A model generated the notes under the pieces. It saw only the letters and a list, made by a program, of their open reading frames with translations. It was not told where the DNA came from and did no database searches. A program made the position numbers and the translations under genes. Source: the human T2T-CHM13v2.0 reference genome, Homo sapiens. Taken from it: a DNA stretch of 64,000 nucleotides. This document shows, in pieces, positions 38,766 through 53,863 of this stretch (positions within the stretch are counted from its first letter, which is position 1; each line of letters starts with the position of its first letter). Where the stretch lies: the NCBI RefSeq assembly GCF_009914755.1, contig NC_060928.1, one strand, 5' to 3'.

Positions 38766-41700
38766 GTTCCTTTGTCTTTGCGGTTACAGTCACAGATGCT
38801 GATATTGGACCAAATTCTGAACTGCATTATTCTCTTTCGGGTAGAAATTCTGAAAAATTTCACATTGACCCACTGAGGGGAGCCATTATGGCCGCCGGAC
38901 CACTAAACGGAGCTTCAGAAGTGACATTTTCTGTGCATGTAAAAGATGGTGGCTCATTTCCAAAGACAGATTCTACAACAGTGACTGTTAGATTCGTGAA
39001 TAAGGCCGATTTCCCTAAAGTCAGAGCCAAAGAACAAACGTTCATGTTTCCTGAAAACCAACCAGTCAGCTCTCTTGTCACCACCATCACAGGATCCTCT
39101 TTAAGAGGAGAACCTATGTCATATTATATCGCAAGTGGGAATCTTGGCAATACTTTCCAGATTGATCAGTTAACAGGGCAGGTGTCTATTAGTCAACCTC
39201 TGGATTTTGAAAAGATACAAAAATATGTTGTATGGATAGAGGCCAGAGACGGTGGTTTCCCTCCTTTCTCCTCTTACGAGAAACTTGATATAACAGTATT
39301 AGATGTCAATGATAATGCCCCAATTTTTAAGGAAGACCCATTTATATCTGAAATATTGGAAAACCTTTCCCCTCGAAAAATACTTACTGTTTCGGCAATG
39401 GACAAGGACAGTGGACCCAATGGACAGTTAGATTATGAAATTGTTAATGGCAACATGGAAAATAGTTTCAGTATCAATCATGCTACTGGTGAAATTAGAA
39501 GCGTTAGACCTTTGGACAGGGAAAAAGTATCTCATTATGTCCTAACCATAAAATCATCAGACAAAGGGTCCCCGTCTCAGAGTACTTCAGTAAAAGTCAT
39601 GATTAACATTTTAGATGAAAATGATAATGCCCCTAGGTTTTCTCAGATATTTAGTGCCCATGTTCCTGAAAATTCCCCCTTAGGATACACAGTTACCCGT
39701 GTCACAACTTCTGATGAAGACATTGGGATCAATGCAATTAGTAGATATTCTATAATGGATGCAAGTCTTCCATTTACAATTAATCCCAGCACAGGGGATA
39801 TTGTCATAAGCAGACCTTTAAATAGGGAAGATACAGACCGTTACAGAATTCGAGTTTCCGCACATGATTCTGGGTGGACTGTAAGTACAGATGTCACAAT
39901 ATTTGTGACAGACATCAATGACAATGCTCCAAGATTTAGCAGAACTTCCTATTATTTAGATTGCCCTGAACTTACTGAGATTGGCTCCAAAGTAACTCAG
40001 GTATTTGCAACAGATCCTGATGAGGGATCAAATGGACAAGTGTTTTATTTCATAAAATCCCAATCAGAATATTTCAGGATTAATGCCACCACTGGAGAGA
40101 TTTTCAATAAACAGATCTTAAAATACCAAAATGTCACTGGCTTCAGTAATGTGAATATCAACAGGCATAGTTTTATAGTGACATCTTCAGATCGAGGTAA
40201 ACCTTCCTTAATTAGTGAGACAACAGTTACCATCAATATAGTGGACAGTAATGACAATGCACCTCAATTTCTTAAAAGTAAATATTTCACTCCAGTCACC
40301 AAAAATGTTAAGGTTGGTACGAAGTTAATCAGAGTTACAGCAATAGATGACAAAGATTTTGGACTGAATTCAGAAGTGGAGTATTTCATTTCTAATGATA
40401 ACCATTTAGGAAAATTTAAGTTGGACAATGATACGGGGTGGATTTCAGTAGCATCCTCCCTGATTTCTGACTTGAACCAAAACTTTTTTATCACAGTCAC
40501 TGCAAAGGATAAGGGAAACCCTCCACTTTCTTCCCAAGCAACTGTTCACATAACTGTCACTGAGGAAAACTACCATACACCTGAATTCTCTCAAAGCCAC
40601 ATGAGTGCAACCATCCCTGAGAGCCATAGCATTGGGTCCATTGTCAGAACTGTTTCTGCAAGAGATAGAGATGCAGCGATGAATGGCTTGATTAAGTACA
40701 GCATTTCTTCAGGAAATGAAGAAGGCATTTTTGCAATCAATTCTTCTACAGGTATATTAACACTAGCCAAAGCTCTTGATTATGAGCTATGCCAGAAACA
40801 CGAAATGACGATTAGTGCTATAGATGGAGGATGGGTTGCAAGAACTGGTTACTGCAGTGTGACCGTAAATGTGATTGATGTGAATGATAATTCTCCAGTA
40901 TTCCTCTCTGATGACTATTTCCCTACTGTTTTGGAAAATGCCCCAAGTGGAACAACAGTTATCTACCTAAATGCAACAGATGCTGACTCTGGAACAAATG
41001 CTGTGATTGCGTATACTGTACAGTCATCTGACAGTGACCTCTTTGTCATTGACCCTAACACAGGAGTCATAACCACTCAAGGCTTCTTGGATTTTGAAAC
41101 CAAGCAGAGCTACCATCTTACTGTGAAAGCCTTCAATGTCCCCGATGAGGAAAGGTGTAGCTTTGCCACTGTTAATATACAATTAAAAGGGACAAATGAA
41201 TATGTGCCCCGTTTTGTTTCCAAACTTTACTATTTTGAAATCTCAGAAGCAGCTCCTAAAGGTACTATTGTTGGAGAAGTGTTTGCTAGCGACCGTGATT
41301 TGGGCACTGATGGGGAGGTACACTATTTGATTTTTGGTAATAGTCGAAAGAAGGGTTTCCAGATCAATAAGAAGACTGGACAGATTTATGTTTCTGGAAT
41401 TCTTGATCGAGAAAAAGAAGAAAGGGTGTCTTTGAAGGTATTGGCCAAGAACTTTGGCAGCATTAGAGGTGCAGATATAGATGAGGTCACTGTAAATGTC
41501 ACCGTGCTTGATGCAAATGACCCACCCATTTTTACTCTAAACATCTACAGTGTGCAGATCAGTGAAGGGGTCCCAATAGGAACTCATGTGACCTTTGTCA
41601 GTGCCTTTGACTCAGACTCCATCCCCAGCTGGAGCAGGTTTTCTTACTTCATCGGATCAGGGAATGAAAATGGTGCCTTTTCTATTAATCCGCAGACAGG

Positions 41701-43115
41701 ACAGATCACCGTTACTGCAGAATTAGATCGAGAAACCCTTCCCATCTATAATCTCTCAGTTTTGGCTGTTGATTCAGGGACCCCCTCAGCTACAGGTAGT
41801 GCCTCTTTATTAGTCACCCTGGAAGATATAAATGATAACGGGCCCATGCTGACTGTCAGTGAAGGAGAAGTCATGGAAAACAAACGGCCAGGCACTTTGG
41901 TGATGACCCTTCAGTCCACTGACCCTGATCTCCCTCCAAATCAAGGTCCCTTTACTTATTACTTGCTGAGCACAGGTCCTGCCACCAGTTATTTCAGTCT
42001 GAGCACTGCTGGAGTTCTGAGCACAACCAGAGAGATTGACAGAGAGCAGATTGCAGACTTCTATCTGTCTGTGGTTACCAAGGATTCTGGTGTTCCTCAA
42101 ATGTCTTCCACAGGAACTGTGCATATCACAGTTATAGACCAAAATGACAATCCTTCACAGTCTCGGACGGTGGAGATATTTGTTAATTATTATGGTAACT
42201 TGTTTCCCGGTGGGATTTTAGGCTCTGTGAAGCCACAGGATCCAGATGTGTTAGACAGCTTCCACTGCTCCCTTACTTCAGGAGTTACCAGCCTCTTCAG
42301 TATTCCAGGGGGTACTTGTGATCTGAATTCCCAGCCAAGGTCCACAGATGGCACGTTTGATCTGACTGTCCTTAGCAATGATGGAGTTCACAGCACAGTC
42401 ACGAGCAACATCCGAGTTTTCTTTGCTGGATTTTCCAATGCCACAGTGGATAACAGCATCTTACTTCGTCTCGGCGTACCAACAGTAAAGGACTTCTTGA
42501 CCAACCACTATCTTCATTTTTTACGCATTGCCAGCTCACAGCTGACAGGCTTAGGGACTGCTGTGCAACTGTACAGTGCATATGAAGAGAACAATAGAAC
42601 GTTTCTTTTGGCAGCTGTGAAGCGAAATCATAATCAGTATGTGAATCCCAGTGGCGTAGCCACCTTCTTTGAAAGCATCAAAGAGATCCTTCTCCGGCAG
42701 AGTGGAGTAAAGGTGGAATCTGTGGATCATGACTCCTGTGTGCATGGCCCATGTCAGAATGGAGGGAGCTGTCTACGAAGATTGGCTGTGAGCTCCGTAT
42801 TAAAAAGCCGTGAGAGTCTTCCAGTCATCATCGTGGCAAATGAACCTCTGCAGCCTTTCTTATGCAAGTGTCTGCCAGGATATGCGGGTAGCTGGTGTGA
42901 AATAGATATAGATGAATGTCTTCCATCACCTTGCCACAATGGTGGAACCTGTCACAATTTAGTGGGAGGATTTTCATGCAGCTGCCCAGATGGCTTCACT
43001 GGTAGGGCGTGTGAGAGAGATATCAATGAGTGCCTGCAGAGTCCTTGCAAGAATGGTGCCATCTGCCAGAATTTTCCAGGAAGCTTCAACTGTGTTTGCA
43101 AAACTGGATACACAG
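38766..43115 (+). CDS. FAT4: FAT4 giant coding exon (4350 nt; probably exon 10): about 11 cadherin repeats, a linker region and EGF-like domains 1-3
   Basis: Acceptor ctttctcttttatag|GT, donor CAG|gtatga. Contains the 1421-aa ORF with repeated cadherin motifs followed by 6-Cys EGF repeats. Phase 1 to 1. Confidence 0.98.
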
Positions 43116-43715
43116 GTATGACAACGTTTGTACTTTTCTCACTAAGACTTTAGCCATGTCAAGTATATTGAAACGAAATAATTTTATCATTTTCCAATGA
43201 TTTTCATATAAATGAGCATAATAGTAACAAATGTTTTTAAACATTTACTGTTGGTCAAATACTGTTCTAAGCACTTTTTATGTATTTGTTTTGTTTACTT
43301 CTTACAAGAAAACTTATGAGGTAGGAATATTTTCCAGTTTCTATAGGCAAGGAAGTTGAAGTAGAGAGTAAGTAATTAGGTTTTCTCAGGTGATTCAGTT
43401 ACTTTGCTGTAATGTCACTATTCAAGTCTACACAGTTAAATCCAGAACTTAAGCGCTTAATCTCGTAGCGTCTCTTACAAGAGCAAAAAAGAGAATAATA
43501 TCTACTTAAAAGAGTATTCTAGATATTAAAGGATAAAATATATACAAAACATAAGATTTGGACCATTTTGTGTGTTAAATAATTGTTAACAATGATTGTT
43601 GTTGATTCTTTATCATCATCGTTTTTGTGACCTTTTAAAATCATAGTCGTCATTATTATCGAAATGTGATCCACATCGTGAGAAGAGCGAGAATCATGTT
43701 TTCAGATTTAGATTA

Positions 43716-44129
<414 letters not shown>

Positions 44130-44854
44130 TTAAACATAGCAGTAAAAATTTTGAACTAGTCTTTGGCACCCTAGTGGGATATGATGTCCATATATACGTA
44201 GATCTCTACCTATTTCTACTCCATGTCTATATCATTATTATCTATCAACCTATCTATTAGTTAATCAGTGGTTGATGTTCCTTCAAATGTGAATAAATGT
44301 TATGCTATTGATAAGTTCGAGGAGAGCAAAATTCTATCTTATAACTTGCACATTATACATTTGTAAAGCATGCATATTACATTGAGTTACTCTGCAGTAT
44401 TTATACACATAATTTACAGTACTAGTAGTATAGGTAGAATCAAGATAGATTGCTTTAACTTTTGTAGATGTATTACAGAATAATATTTTAAGCAAATGCA
44501 TTTCTATGTTATATTTTCAAAAGTGTCCATTATGTGTATACTGATGGTTTTATATTTGGAGAATTGAATCACTTGAGGAAAATATAGAGCAAGTTTGAAA
44601 ATGTTGAAACAGAACATGCAGTCTTTGCCTTCTAATGAAATAACTTTGAAATGTAAATGAAGAAAAAGTGGCAGAAAACATGTGTAATAGAAAAAGTGAT
44701 AGATTTCATAGAATCTGATTTAGCTATAGCTTTTGGGAAGTCACCTAACCTTAGCTGATTCTTCATTTCTCTGTCCACAAAATGGGAATAATCATAAGTA
44801 CTTTCAGGGTTTTTGTAATGAGTAAATATAATGTTTTGTAAAACACCTAGTACA

Positions 44855-45154
44855 GGCCAGGTGCAGTGGCTCACGCCTGTAATCCCAGGACTTTGGGAGG
44901 CTGAGGCAGGTGGATCACCTGAGGTCAGGAGTTCAAGACCAGCCTGTCCAACATGGTGAAACCCATCTCTACTAAAAATACAAAAATTAGCTGGGCGTGG
45001 TGGCAGGTGCCTGTAATCTCAGCTACTCAGGAGACTGAGGCAGAGGAATTGCTGGAACCCGGGAGATGGAGGTTGCAGTGAGCTGAGGTCGCGCCATTGC
45101 ACTCCAGCCCAGGCCGACAACAGTAAGACTCCATTTCAAAACAAACAAACAAAA
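44855..45154 (+). mobile_element. AluS (Sq2/Sx-like) SINE
   Basis: Complete Alu with (aaac)n tail. Degenerate TSD ending in gtaca. Confidence 0.94.
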
Positions 45155-47422
45155 CCCACGTGGTACACTGTGCAGTATTCAGTAATTGCAGTCTAATTAG
45201 TAGTAGTAATAATGGTATTAGTATAGTGGTAGTAATAGAGGAGTACCACAGAATTTTTAAAAAGACATGAAACCTGTGTAGCGGAAGTTAACTGTGAGTC
45301 TTATGAGAGTTATTTATATCCTAAGATCATGAATAATAGAGCTATATACATGCTGAGGTCAGGATTTCTAGAACACTTCCCTCACTCTTTCTTACCCATC
45401 CCCAAAATTACTTTATCGGCTGGGAATTCAACAATAAGAGTTTTTATATTCTACATTAGTCTAATGCATTTATTCACACTTAGGTTTAGATTGAGTTTAC
45501 ATATAGTCCTAGAATGAAGAAAGTGCAAATGTATTAGGTATGGATAAGAAACATGGAAAGTACTACTGGTGTGAACAAAGGCACCATTTGCTGATTTTAG
45601 CATAAATGATGAGTAAGTTACTTCTCTCTGGCTTGTTTATTTCTTTGTTTCATTTCATTTAAATATACATTGCATACTTTTCTAAACGTGATAGTTGAAA
45701 CTCTTAAAAATGCCTTTCCTTACATCATAAAATATTAATAACATTTATCAAGCAGTTATGTAAAGCACTTTTTAAATCTCCTTGCATTATAGACATTATT
45801 ACATTTAGTTCTTACAACTCTGTAAGATGGATATTATGATTATTGTTCCAATTTTGAAGACCAAAAAATTAAGTCTTCGAGTCATTAAAAGAGATTAGAC
45901 AACTTGCCTCCAGCCATGGCACAGAAAGTGTTCTAACTAGTTTTTTACTAGAAACTTGGCTCTGGTGCCTCTGCTATTTATATACATGTCACACTCATCA
46001 CACTTTGATTTGCACTTGCTATGGAGTGTTATGGTGAGTTCTATGGTGATATTATTTAAGAATGTTTTGTCCATCATTCTATTAATACTTAATCCTCACA
46101 GAAAGCCTATAAGACAGTGTATTGTCTGAGACTGATCAGAAATCGGAACTACTCTCAGACTTTGAGGCAGGAAAGTATTTGCTACAAGGAAACAGCTTAC
46201 AAAATCTTCAAACTGGCTAAGAATACAGGTCAGGAACATTCACCAATGGGCGCAGCAATAAAGACATGGCAGGCATTGCAAGACACCGCTGCTGATCCTC
46301 TTGCCCACCTGCAGTGCTGCACCAAGTGATCTGAGGAGAATGGTTCCTGCTTTGCTTTTACCATTCAGATATCATCACAGTCTTTTTTGCTGGCAGAATA
46401 TAAACTTGAACCCCGCTGGAAGGGAGTCTGGAAAAGGTAGTTTTCAGACTTCCAGCCCTTGCAATATGGAAAGGTAGGAACGATGCTGAATGTCAGCAGA
46501 TGATATGTGGCTCAGGAAGATGTTATTATTCTTCCTGTTTTACACTGTAGGAAATTGAGCCTACAGTCTGGTGACTCCAGGGCCAGAGCTGCCAAAGTCT
46601 ATATCATAAACTCTTTCTAGGGAAGGTTGTTTGAAGTTATACATTAACGTTACATACTTCTCCTCAGAGTTCACTTCAGTCTTCATTTGCATAGTAGGAG
46701 ATAATCCAACTGATCAGGAATGATATAAACAAACATAAAATTGAATGATTAAGATGAATCTTACATTTTTTAAATCAAGTTTCAAATTCTGTATGAAAAA
46801 AACCATCCAGTAAAACTGGCAGATAATTAATGTCTGACAGTTTTATTTCCTTTTTGTATTTTGTAGGAAACAATATGAAAAAAACATAGTGAGTGGCAAA
46901 TGTTAATCCATACTTTAAATTAGAAATGTATTGCTTAAATTTCTATAGTTTGTTAATTTTTTTTGTAGAGGTAATCTCTGAAGGATCATTCTGAGTTATT
47001 CTTTTTACCTAGTCTCTGCCAGATAGCCTGGCTCAGGAAGACAGAGCTAATATACCAAAACATCTTAACATCTAACCTAGTCAGAGCTAATAAACCATAA
47101 GACAAAATTTACACATAACTGTATGTGTGCCTCATAGAATGATTTTTTAAAAAATTACTCATAATAGCTAGATTTTACTTCAGTTAACATGAATTAAATT
47201 GTAGTGCCTTAGTAAAGCTTCACTTCTTCAAGGTCTGTATATAATTTTTGGCCATCAGAATTATTTTAAATTACTGTATTTTTCATACTCTACTTTTGTG
47301 GGCTTCCACCTGCATTTTATCAATAGGTTTCAAAGTCTGTGAAATTACAAATTGGAGCTGCACAATTTTCTGAACTTTCTGCTTAAAATAATCCTCAGCC
47401 ACTACCCATACCCAGTTTCTCT

Positions 47423-47425
<3 letters not shown>

Positions 47426-47455
<30 letters not shown>
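47426..47455. repeat. (AC)15 microsatellite
   Basis: Directly visible. Confidence 0.95.
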
Positions 47456-47457
<2 letters not shown>

Positions 47458-50400
47458 CACTGAGTATTTTATGTGGATTTAGAAATTGTGTTAAGGATTA
47501 GAAGAGTAAGTGGCTTATGAGTTGATGCAAACTAAGAGACTTTATCCCCAGAATCCCCTAGGGTGTGATTAAATGTTAGCTGAATGGAGATTTTATGTAG
47601 AGAACAACTTATAAGGACGCAAGTATGAAAATGATAATCATGGAACAAAAAATAGGAAGGGATATAGTTATTATCATACTGTCACAAGTTTATTTCTGAA
47701 ATATTCTTAAAGTTTATTTTCAAGTCTGTAACCATGCACATAAGTATAAAACAACTATATTTTTTAATGAATGAGTGATTTAGAGGGAATGAATTTGTAT
47801 AACATGTATTTCTTATCTCTTTTCCTTAGTTACTGGAAAAAGAACCAAAAGAAAATTGAAAAAAAGTAACATATTCAGTTATAATCACTTCATATGTTTC
47901 ATTATTAAGAAAATTTTCTTATAATTTTTATATTAATATCACCATATGAAGCTTTGATTAACTGTAACATAAATTATTAGAAAAGATGGATAAAGTTTAT
48001 TATAGTATAGGCCATGTGAAAAATTAATTTCTAAATTTTCACAAAATGTAATGACACCAAAAATTAACATCAGTTGTCAGTATGCCTCAGTGAATAAAAA
48101 CTATTATTCCTGCCACATAAGTCTAGGGGTTCCTAGAGGAAAACTTTAGCCTAATAATGACACATGTAGTATTTATTTTCATATACAAATGAAAATGTCT
48201 TGCACTTAATAGAACACTAATTAGAAAGTACAGTAATAGTAACCACATCAACATTTGTCTACTGCTGCCAGGTTTTCGCTGTTTGCATCACATTCCTGGC
48301 ATTAAATCCTTCATGGGAATGGATGGTGTTATAAAATGCAGCATTTTGATAGAGCTTATTTATAAATCTGGCTATCTTATAACATAATTAGTTCATAGTC
48401 TCTTTAACCTTTTCCATTCACTTTCACACATCTGGATGCATTTCAGGTGTAGTATTTGGAATAATGCCGGGGGTTTATTACCTTATGGAGAAGTTTTCCT
48501 ATGTTCTCAATTAAGTCCCGATATTTCAGGAAAGATGAGGTTTGTTCATTCATCACTTTTATGTCATTTGACAGTATAAACAGTAAAATTTTTTCAGACA
48601 TACCAACTTATATACAGAATATGCATAGTAATTTTACTGAGAAACTTGCCAGATATTTGCTTTCATAAAGATGGAAAGAGTTACTAAGAGTGATTCTTTT
48701 AAAATTACTACGGTCATGTATTGGTGTTGTTGATGATCATGTGACCGGAAAACCATATAATATAAAAGAAATTTAGTAAATATATATGAAATTAAATTTT
48801 GTTTGAGATAAAGAAGAGTGGCTCATGTAAGAGACAATAAAGAGTGCAATTATTTTTATTTAATTTGATTCCTGAAAGCAGAATTAGGCAGTTTACATTA
48901 GGTAATACATTAACTTATAAAAGCATTAATAACGTATGTTTCTAAGAAGTAGCTTAAATGCTTATTTCTGTAGAAAATAAGCATATATTTATAAGCTTAT
49001 GAACATTATGTGTGTAATCATATGTAATCATTTGTAGTCTCATTGAGGTTGTGTTTGTGCTTGTTTTACAAGACAAAGGTAAAAACTTTTTTTGGTTGTT
49101 GCTTTTGTTACTGGCAGCCCTTATTAAAACATGGTATTTTTGCTTTTGTTTCAATGCAAAAAAGCCATAAGGCTATTGAACAGGATACTTAGACTATCTT
49201 CATAGCTCCTTAACAATAATGGGAAACATTTGCATACTGTGCAAAAGACAGCTACTTTTTGCTAAAATAATTTGGAAAATATATAAGATAAATGCCTAGA
49301 ATGAATAGCATATATTTATTATAGAATTTCTTTATTAATAACATAATCAATTTAGACCTAAAATGGATTTTTAGAGTTGCACATATTCTCCCATCTCCTC
49401 TGTGTAGAAATACAGGAGATTTAAAAATAATATTTATGGTAGTCTAATATGTATATATAATCTAAGATCTTAAATTGAAGGCTACATGTATCATAGGGTA
49501 TCAAAAATTATCGTATCTTCATGGAGTGGTCCAATTTAGCAGTTGAGAATAAATTTAGCTCTATTTCACATAATCCAACATTAAAATGTGCTTGGACAAG
49601 TGAAACTTGAATATACATTCTTGTTGAAAAGACCATAGGTGATTACAATAGATTCAGTTTATGTTCAACACGTCATCACATCTTCTGCCCCCAAACATGA
49701 AAATAGACACAAAATTTCTCCTGTAAGTTTAGGAAAGTCTGCGGATACCATGGATTCCTATTATGCATTTATTTTCACCTTAAGCTATTCCCACTTTCCA
49801 TGTGCTAAGAATTTACACTTCTTCAAGCACATCTCCTTCTAGTTATGATAAATAGTGTATGGCAACACAATTAATTGATGGATGTCAAAGCAATGAGATC
49901 AATTTATTCTTCTAAACAGCTGCTATGGCAGTAAACATATCTTAATGGAAGGAGGCCTCTTGAGTTCAAGAGGAATAAATGCCTGTCTTTGTGCAAGTCC
50001 TATCAGCATACTTCCAAGCCTGAAGGCGTTTGGCAAGTATTGTTAATTGACTTGTAGCATTAATTAAGTTAATGATCCAAGATTTTGTTTCACAGTGCTT
50101 CAACACATCAGATTATTGTACCAAGAGCATGTTAGAGTAATTCAAACTACTGCATTCTCTGATACTCATTATGCTATTAACACTACAATTTAAGTAGATA
50201 GACTTGCACAAAACAATTCAGAATTTTGTTAATTTCTAATTGGGTAAAAAAGCATAAACTTTCCAAACCTGAGAAATATGCATTTAGAAGCTTTCTTTTG
50301 ATTCTAAGTAAAATTATGGAATCCTTTTCTCACACAAAAGACACAGGTGTTTTAAATAATAATTTAAATTTAAATCTGTTTTCCTACTATGTCTTTGAAT

Positions 50401-50583
50401 TCAAGTATCTGCTATGGCAACCTCTGAGTTCATGAATTGTAAAAAATTTTTACTCTTTAAATGGAGAACTCAATTTTTAAATAGTAAATAATTTACATAC
50501 TCTACCACCAACAGATAAGACTATTTTTTCCAAACTCAACAACAAATTCCTTTATTTAACCCCAAACAAAGCCATTTTATCTA

Positions 50584-51160
50584 TTTTTTTAACTTATATT
50601 TTAGGTTCTGGGTACATGTGAAGGTTTGGTACATAGGTAAACTCATGTCACAGGGTTCGTTATACAGATTATTTCATCAACTAGGAATTAAGCCCAATAC
50701 CAAATAGTGATCTTTCCTGCTCCCCTCCCTCCTCCCACCCTCCACCCTCCAGTAGACCCCAGTGTCTGTTGTTTCCTTCTCTGTGTCCATGTGTTCTCAT
50801 CATTTAGCTCCCACTTATAAGTGAGAACAGGTGGTATTTGGTTTTCTGTTCCTATGTTAGTTTGCTGAGGATAATAGCCTCCAGCTCCATCCATGTTCCC
50901 ACAAAAGACATAATCTTGTTCTTTTTTATGACTGCATAGTATTCCATGATGTGTATGTACCACATTTTCTTTATCCAATCTGTCATTTATCAGCATTTAG
51001 GTTAATTCCATGTCTTTGCTATTGTGAATAGTGCTGCATTGCACATTCATTTGTATGTGTCTGTATGGTAAAATGATTTATATTCCTCTGGGTATATACC
51101 CAGTAATGGGATTGTTGGGTCAAACAGTAGTTCTGCTTTTAGCTCTTGAGGAATAGCCAT
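50584..51160 (-). mobile_element. Older L1PA (about PA13-like) 3' end fragment
   Basis: Antisense L1 3' UTR and ORF2 C-terminus: catttagctcccacttataagtgagaac and gggtatatacccagtaatgggattg. Confidence 0.9.
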
Positions 51161-53863
51161 TATTAATTATTTGTAATTATCCACTAAGACAAAGTAAAAA
51201 GGAACAACCTTATTTTTAAACTGAAATACTGAATGCAAGGTTGAATTTGTTTTTTCTTAACAATTTCCATTTCTATTTGTGTATACTTGAAGAATCAGAT
51301 TCTATTGAGAATTTAAGTTTTATAGGAAATTCGTTCTCAAAATTAGTATTTTATTGGTTTGTAACATCTTCTGCCACTTTGTAATCACTGTATGTTTTAA
51401 TAAATGAATAAGTCTTATTTGTGTTAGGATATATTTCCACTCCTCACTCTGGAGTAACTGCAATAGCCTGTATTTTATATTTAAATTAAACTCAGATGTC
51501 TATGTTAAAATATTTTATACAGGGTTAAATAAGAATTGATTCATATAATTATACACAAAAAGAACAACACGTAAATTTCATTTGTTGCTATTTAACTCAA
51601 GATTTATAAAGGTAGTATTTGTAAATGAAATTCAAAAAACATATAGTAGCTTTATAGGAACAATGACTTGGGATTTATACTCATATATTTTTGTCAGAGA
51701 GCACATATGTCCAATTATTTGAGTAAGTATACATAGCAGTACCCTCTACATTTGTTACTTCTTATTTGTTCCTCATTTCCAGTCGTTAAGAAGTGAAGGT
51801 GGCAATTTTGTAACCCACTAACATGTTTTCATGATAACAAGGCTATATTGAACACACTTATAAATACATATATAAGTCTATGTATTTTATACATGTTACT
51901 TTTAACACAACTCTAAAATAATTTTTTGGATAAAGAAAGGAATGAAAGAAAGTAAAACTGTACCTAGTCAAAAAGCACAAGTGAAAATTATGTGTGCTTT
52001 TACAGTGAAAACCAAATGGAAAGAGTAGAATATTACTTTATTGATGACAACTAATCAAAAATATGGCCAGTAGACCTTATGTATTTGCAACTGGGAAATA
52101 CTGTGCTGTAAGAAAAAAAAATCTACATCACTAAAATGGCCTTCACATAATCAGTTGAAAAACAAAACAGGAAAGAGTTCTGTGAAACCGCAACTCTCTG
52201 GTGAGAAATCAAGCACTATTTGAAGTTTTCCTGCCTATTTCTCCAATGTAGTACACTGCTACAATACTTAAAACCTGATTTCTGTGCCCATAAATTTGTA
52301 ACTTGTTTATTTTCATGCCCTTGCCTTAACAATACAAAGGTATTCTGAAATTGTTAGCTCAATGTTTTGCCTTATAAGGAGGTTCCCAATTTATTTATAA
52401 GGGAAAAAATGTTGTGTTTATGATTCTGTGATGTACAGAAATGGGCTTAGTTAGCATCATGAGATCTGACTCACACTTATAATTTCAGACCAGAATAAGT
52501 GTGGCTCCGTAATCAAGCCACAAAAACAGAACCAATTTAAACAAAATTTTGACTGTGTTTTAAGCAAAGTTAGTATGATGAAATGAAGTATCTATGCTCA
52601 GCAGTAGGTCTCGTTGTGCATATAGAATGCATATCATTTCCTGAGCTATCTAATAAATGCATTAGTGAAATTGGGCTGGGAAGTAGAAAGTAACTTCCAG
52701 AAACAAATGATGTAGTATTTACAATCCTACTCTCAATGAAAAGAAATTAACTAAGAATTCTGTAACATCTCACTGCATTATGAAATTTGAAAATTAGATC
52801 CTAACGAATGTATCAAATGATTGCAATACTTTAAAGTTATAGAACAGTGGTATTAGAACATGTTTAAGTTTAGGTAAAAATAAGTAACAACAACAAAAAC
52901 AAGTGGGACTTATACTCCAAGTTTTATACACCACGTGATCAACTACCATAGTTTTGTGAAACCTGGATATGGGAGCAGAAGCCCTAAATTGGTCTGTGTC
53001 ATAGTTTTACAGTTTCACAGACAATATATTAGCCTCCAAGAGGCTTTTATTCTTCACTTTTGAAATGTAAATATTTCCTTTGTATGGATTAATACTCCCT
53101 ACTGAAATGGAAACACAGTCTGAAGACACTTGTTTGCTTTCTTCACTGCCATATCCCCCTCCATTATCATGTCTGGCCCATAATAAGCACTCACTCAATA
53201 TTAGTTGATTCAATTTAACAAGATCATGTATGAGAAAAGTCTTTATAAACTGAAAAATATGCTGTTTAGGTATTATCGCTTCAGACAAAAGACAAAGTAT
53301 ACATAATCTGTAGTCAAGAATAAATTTTCATAAGCATTTGAAAATATGATGTGTTTTCTTATTTCTTATTCTGCTTTACAACAGATATGTGTAATTCAAG
53401 TGATATTTCTTAGTAGTAGAAAGAGTGTAGTTTGATAAATAAGATAAGTTATTATCTTTGAAATACCTAAGTCAAGAAAATCTCTGCAGTGAAAAGAATA
53501 CTGTAAGTTTCAACTTTCTATCTATAAAATATAAAAGATGAAGGGACATTGACACAGAAAATAAATTCAGTGAAAGCATTTAAATATGTTTATCATGTCA
53601 TTTCTCTGCAAACAGTATTTTCTTCCAAGATGATTATGTAAATTATTTCCTAAGTATTATAATGCACATTTTACAATAGGACAACTAAACAAGATTTTAA
53701 ATTCTAAGATATTATTCTAATTTCCTTATGTCAAGTAAAACGTTTTTATATTTCTTTTCTCCGTGATATGCCTTAGGAAAGATTTTTACGTATGGTAATG
53801 GTGTAACGGTGTTAATATATTTATGTATGAGATTTAAAAAAAACTGAATTTGATATATTTTAG

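Noticed and set aside
38860-42939. Minus-strand ORFs overlapping the giant exon
   Set aside because: They are short antisense shadows of the FAT4 coding frame with no recognisable domains.
43116-43153. ORF extension MTTFVLFSLRL-stop after the giant exon, suggesting a secreted isoform
   Set aside because: This is simple read-through past a good donor (CAG|gtatga). The EGF is completed only by the next exon, and there is no AATAAA close by. The same applies to the intron read-through tails of the other exon ORFs.
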